Origin: Verrucomicrobia bacterium UBA3869
GTDB taxonomy: Bacteria > Verrucomicrobiota > Verrucomicrobiia > Opitutales > UBA9783
Assembly (NCBI GenBank): GCA_002392285.1
Contig: DGGR01000019.1
Coordinates: forward strand, 1 to 22,463
DNA: 22,463 nt
Direction: 5' to 3'
In this document: piece after piece, positions 22,431 to 22,463 of the stretch
Position numbering within the stretch: the stretch's first letter is position 1
Layout of the letters: each line of letters starts with the position of its first letter
Made by a program: the position numbers and the translations under genes
Notes under the pieces: model-generated
What the model was told of the DNA's origin: nothing
Databases searched by the model: none
What the model saw: only the letters and a program-made list of their open reading frames with translations

Positions 22431-22463
22431 TGGCGGGATGGACGAGACTCGAACTCGCGACCT
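22431..22463 (-). tRNA. tRNA 3' portion (T-arm, acceptor and CCA), truncated by the window edge; anticodon not visible
   Basis: The reverse complement is AGGTCGCGAGTTCGAGTCTCGTCCATCCCGCCA. The T-arm is GCGAG-TTCGAGT-CTCGT, the acceptor strand is CCATCCC and the discriminator is G followed by CCA. It resembles the E. coli tRNA-Asp 3' end as I recall it, but the identity is unproven. Confidence 0.7.

Noticed and set aside
1-22463. Looked for CRISPR-like spaced repeats, IS or transposase genes, integrases, long direct or inverted repeats and rRNA
   Set aside because: None were seen by eye. The only notable repeat structures are the 27-bp palindrome at 17143-17169 and the shared 9-mer TGCTAAAAT upstream of gapA and rpoN. 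A computational self-dot-plot would be needed to exclude dispersed short repeats.

Overview
This is a gene-dense 22.5-kb chromosomal window with about 27 protein genes on both strands, the 3' part of RNase P RNA, two complete tRNAs (Tyr-GTA, Val-TAC) and a partial tRNA at the right edge. Most genes are housekeeping: ybeY, tatD, pgsA, dapA, ruvA, yajC-secDF-recJ, trxB, pssA, yraN, a PPi-type phosphofructokinase, gapA, a ferredoxin, rpoN and sucCD. The secDF-recJ adjacency, a CopN/YopN-like type III secretion (T3SS) gatekeeper, CesT/SycE-like chaperones and sigma-54 suggest a Chlamydiae-type (PVC) bacterium, probably an environmental lineage. That assignment is inference only. I found no mobile element, CRISPR array, rRNA or large repeat, and no convincing wholly new multi-gene system. 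Six things deserve a second look. (1) A yopN-tyeA-sycN-like gatekeeper module has its TyeA-like domain separated from the gatekeeper body by a single in-frame TAA. (2) A low-GC 514-aa HExxH protein is a candidate secreted metalloprotease. (3) An orphan class I T3SS chaperone sits between pgsA and dapA. (4) An McsA-like gene has no adjacent mcsB and is overlapped by a RelE/ParE-like small ORF. (5) A near-consensus promoter is embedded in a perfect 27-bp palindrome in the pfp-gapA spacer. (6) Several first-in-operon genes have a -10-like box 7-9 nt upstream of the ATG, and Shine-Dalgarno (SD) sequences are almost absent, which suggests leaderless or short-leader mRNAs. All homology calls come from reading the supplied translations against remembered family motifs; no searches were run.
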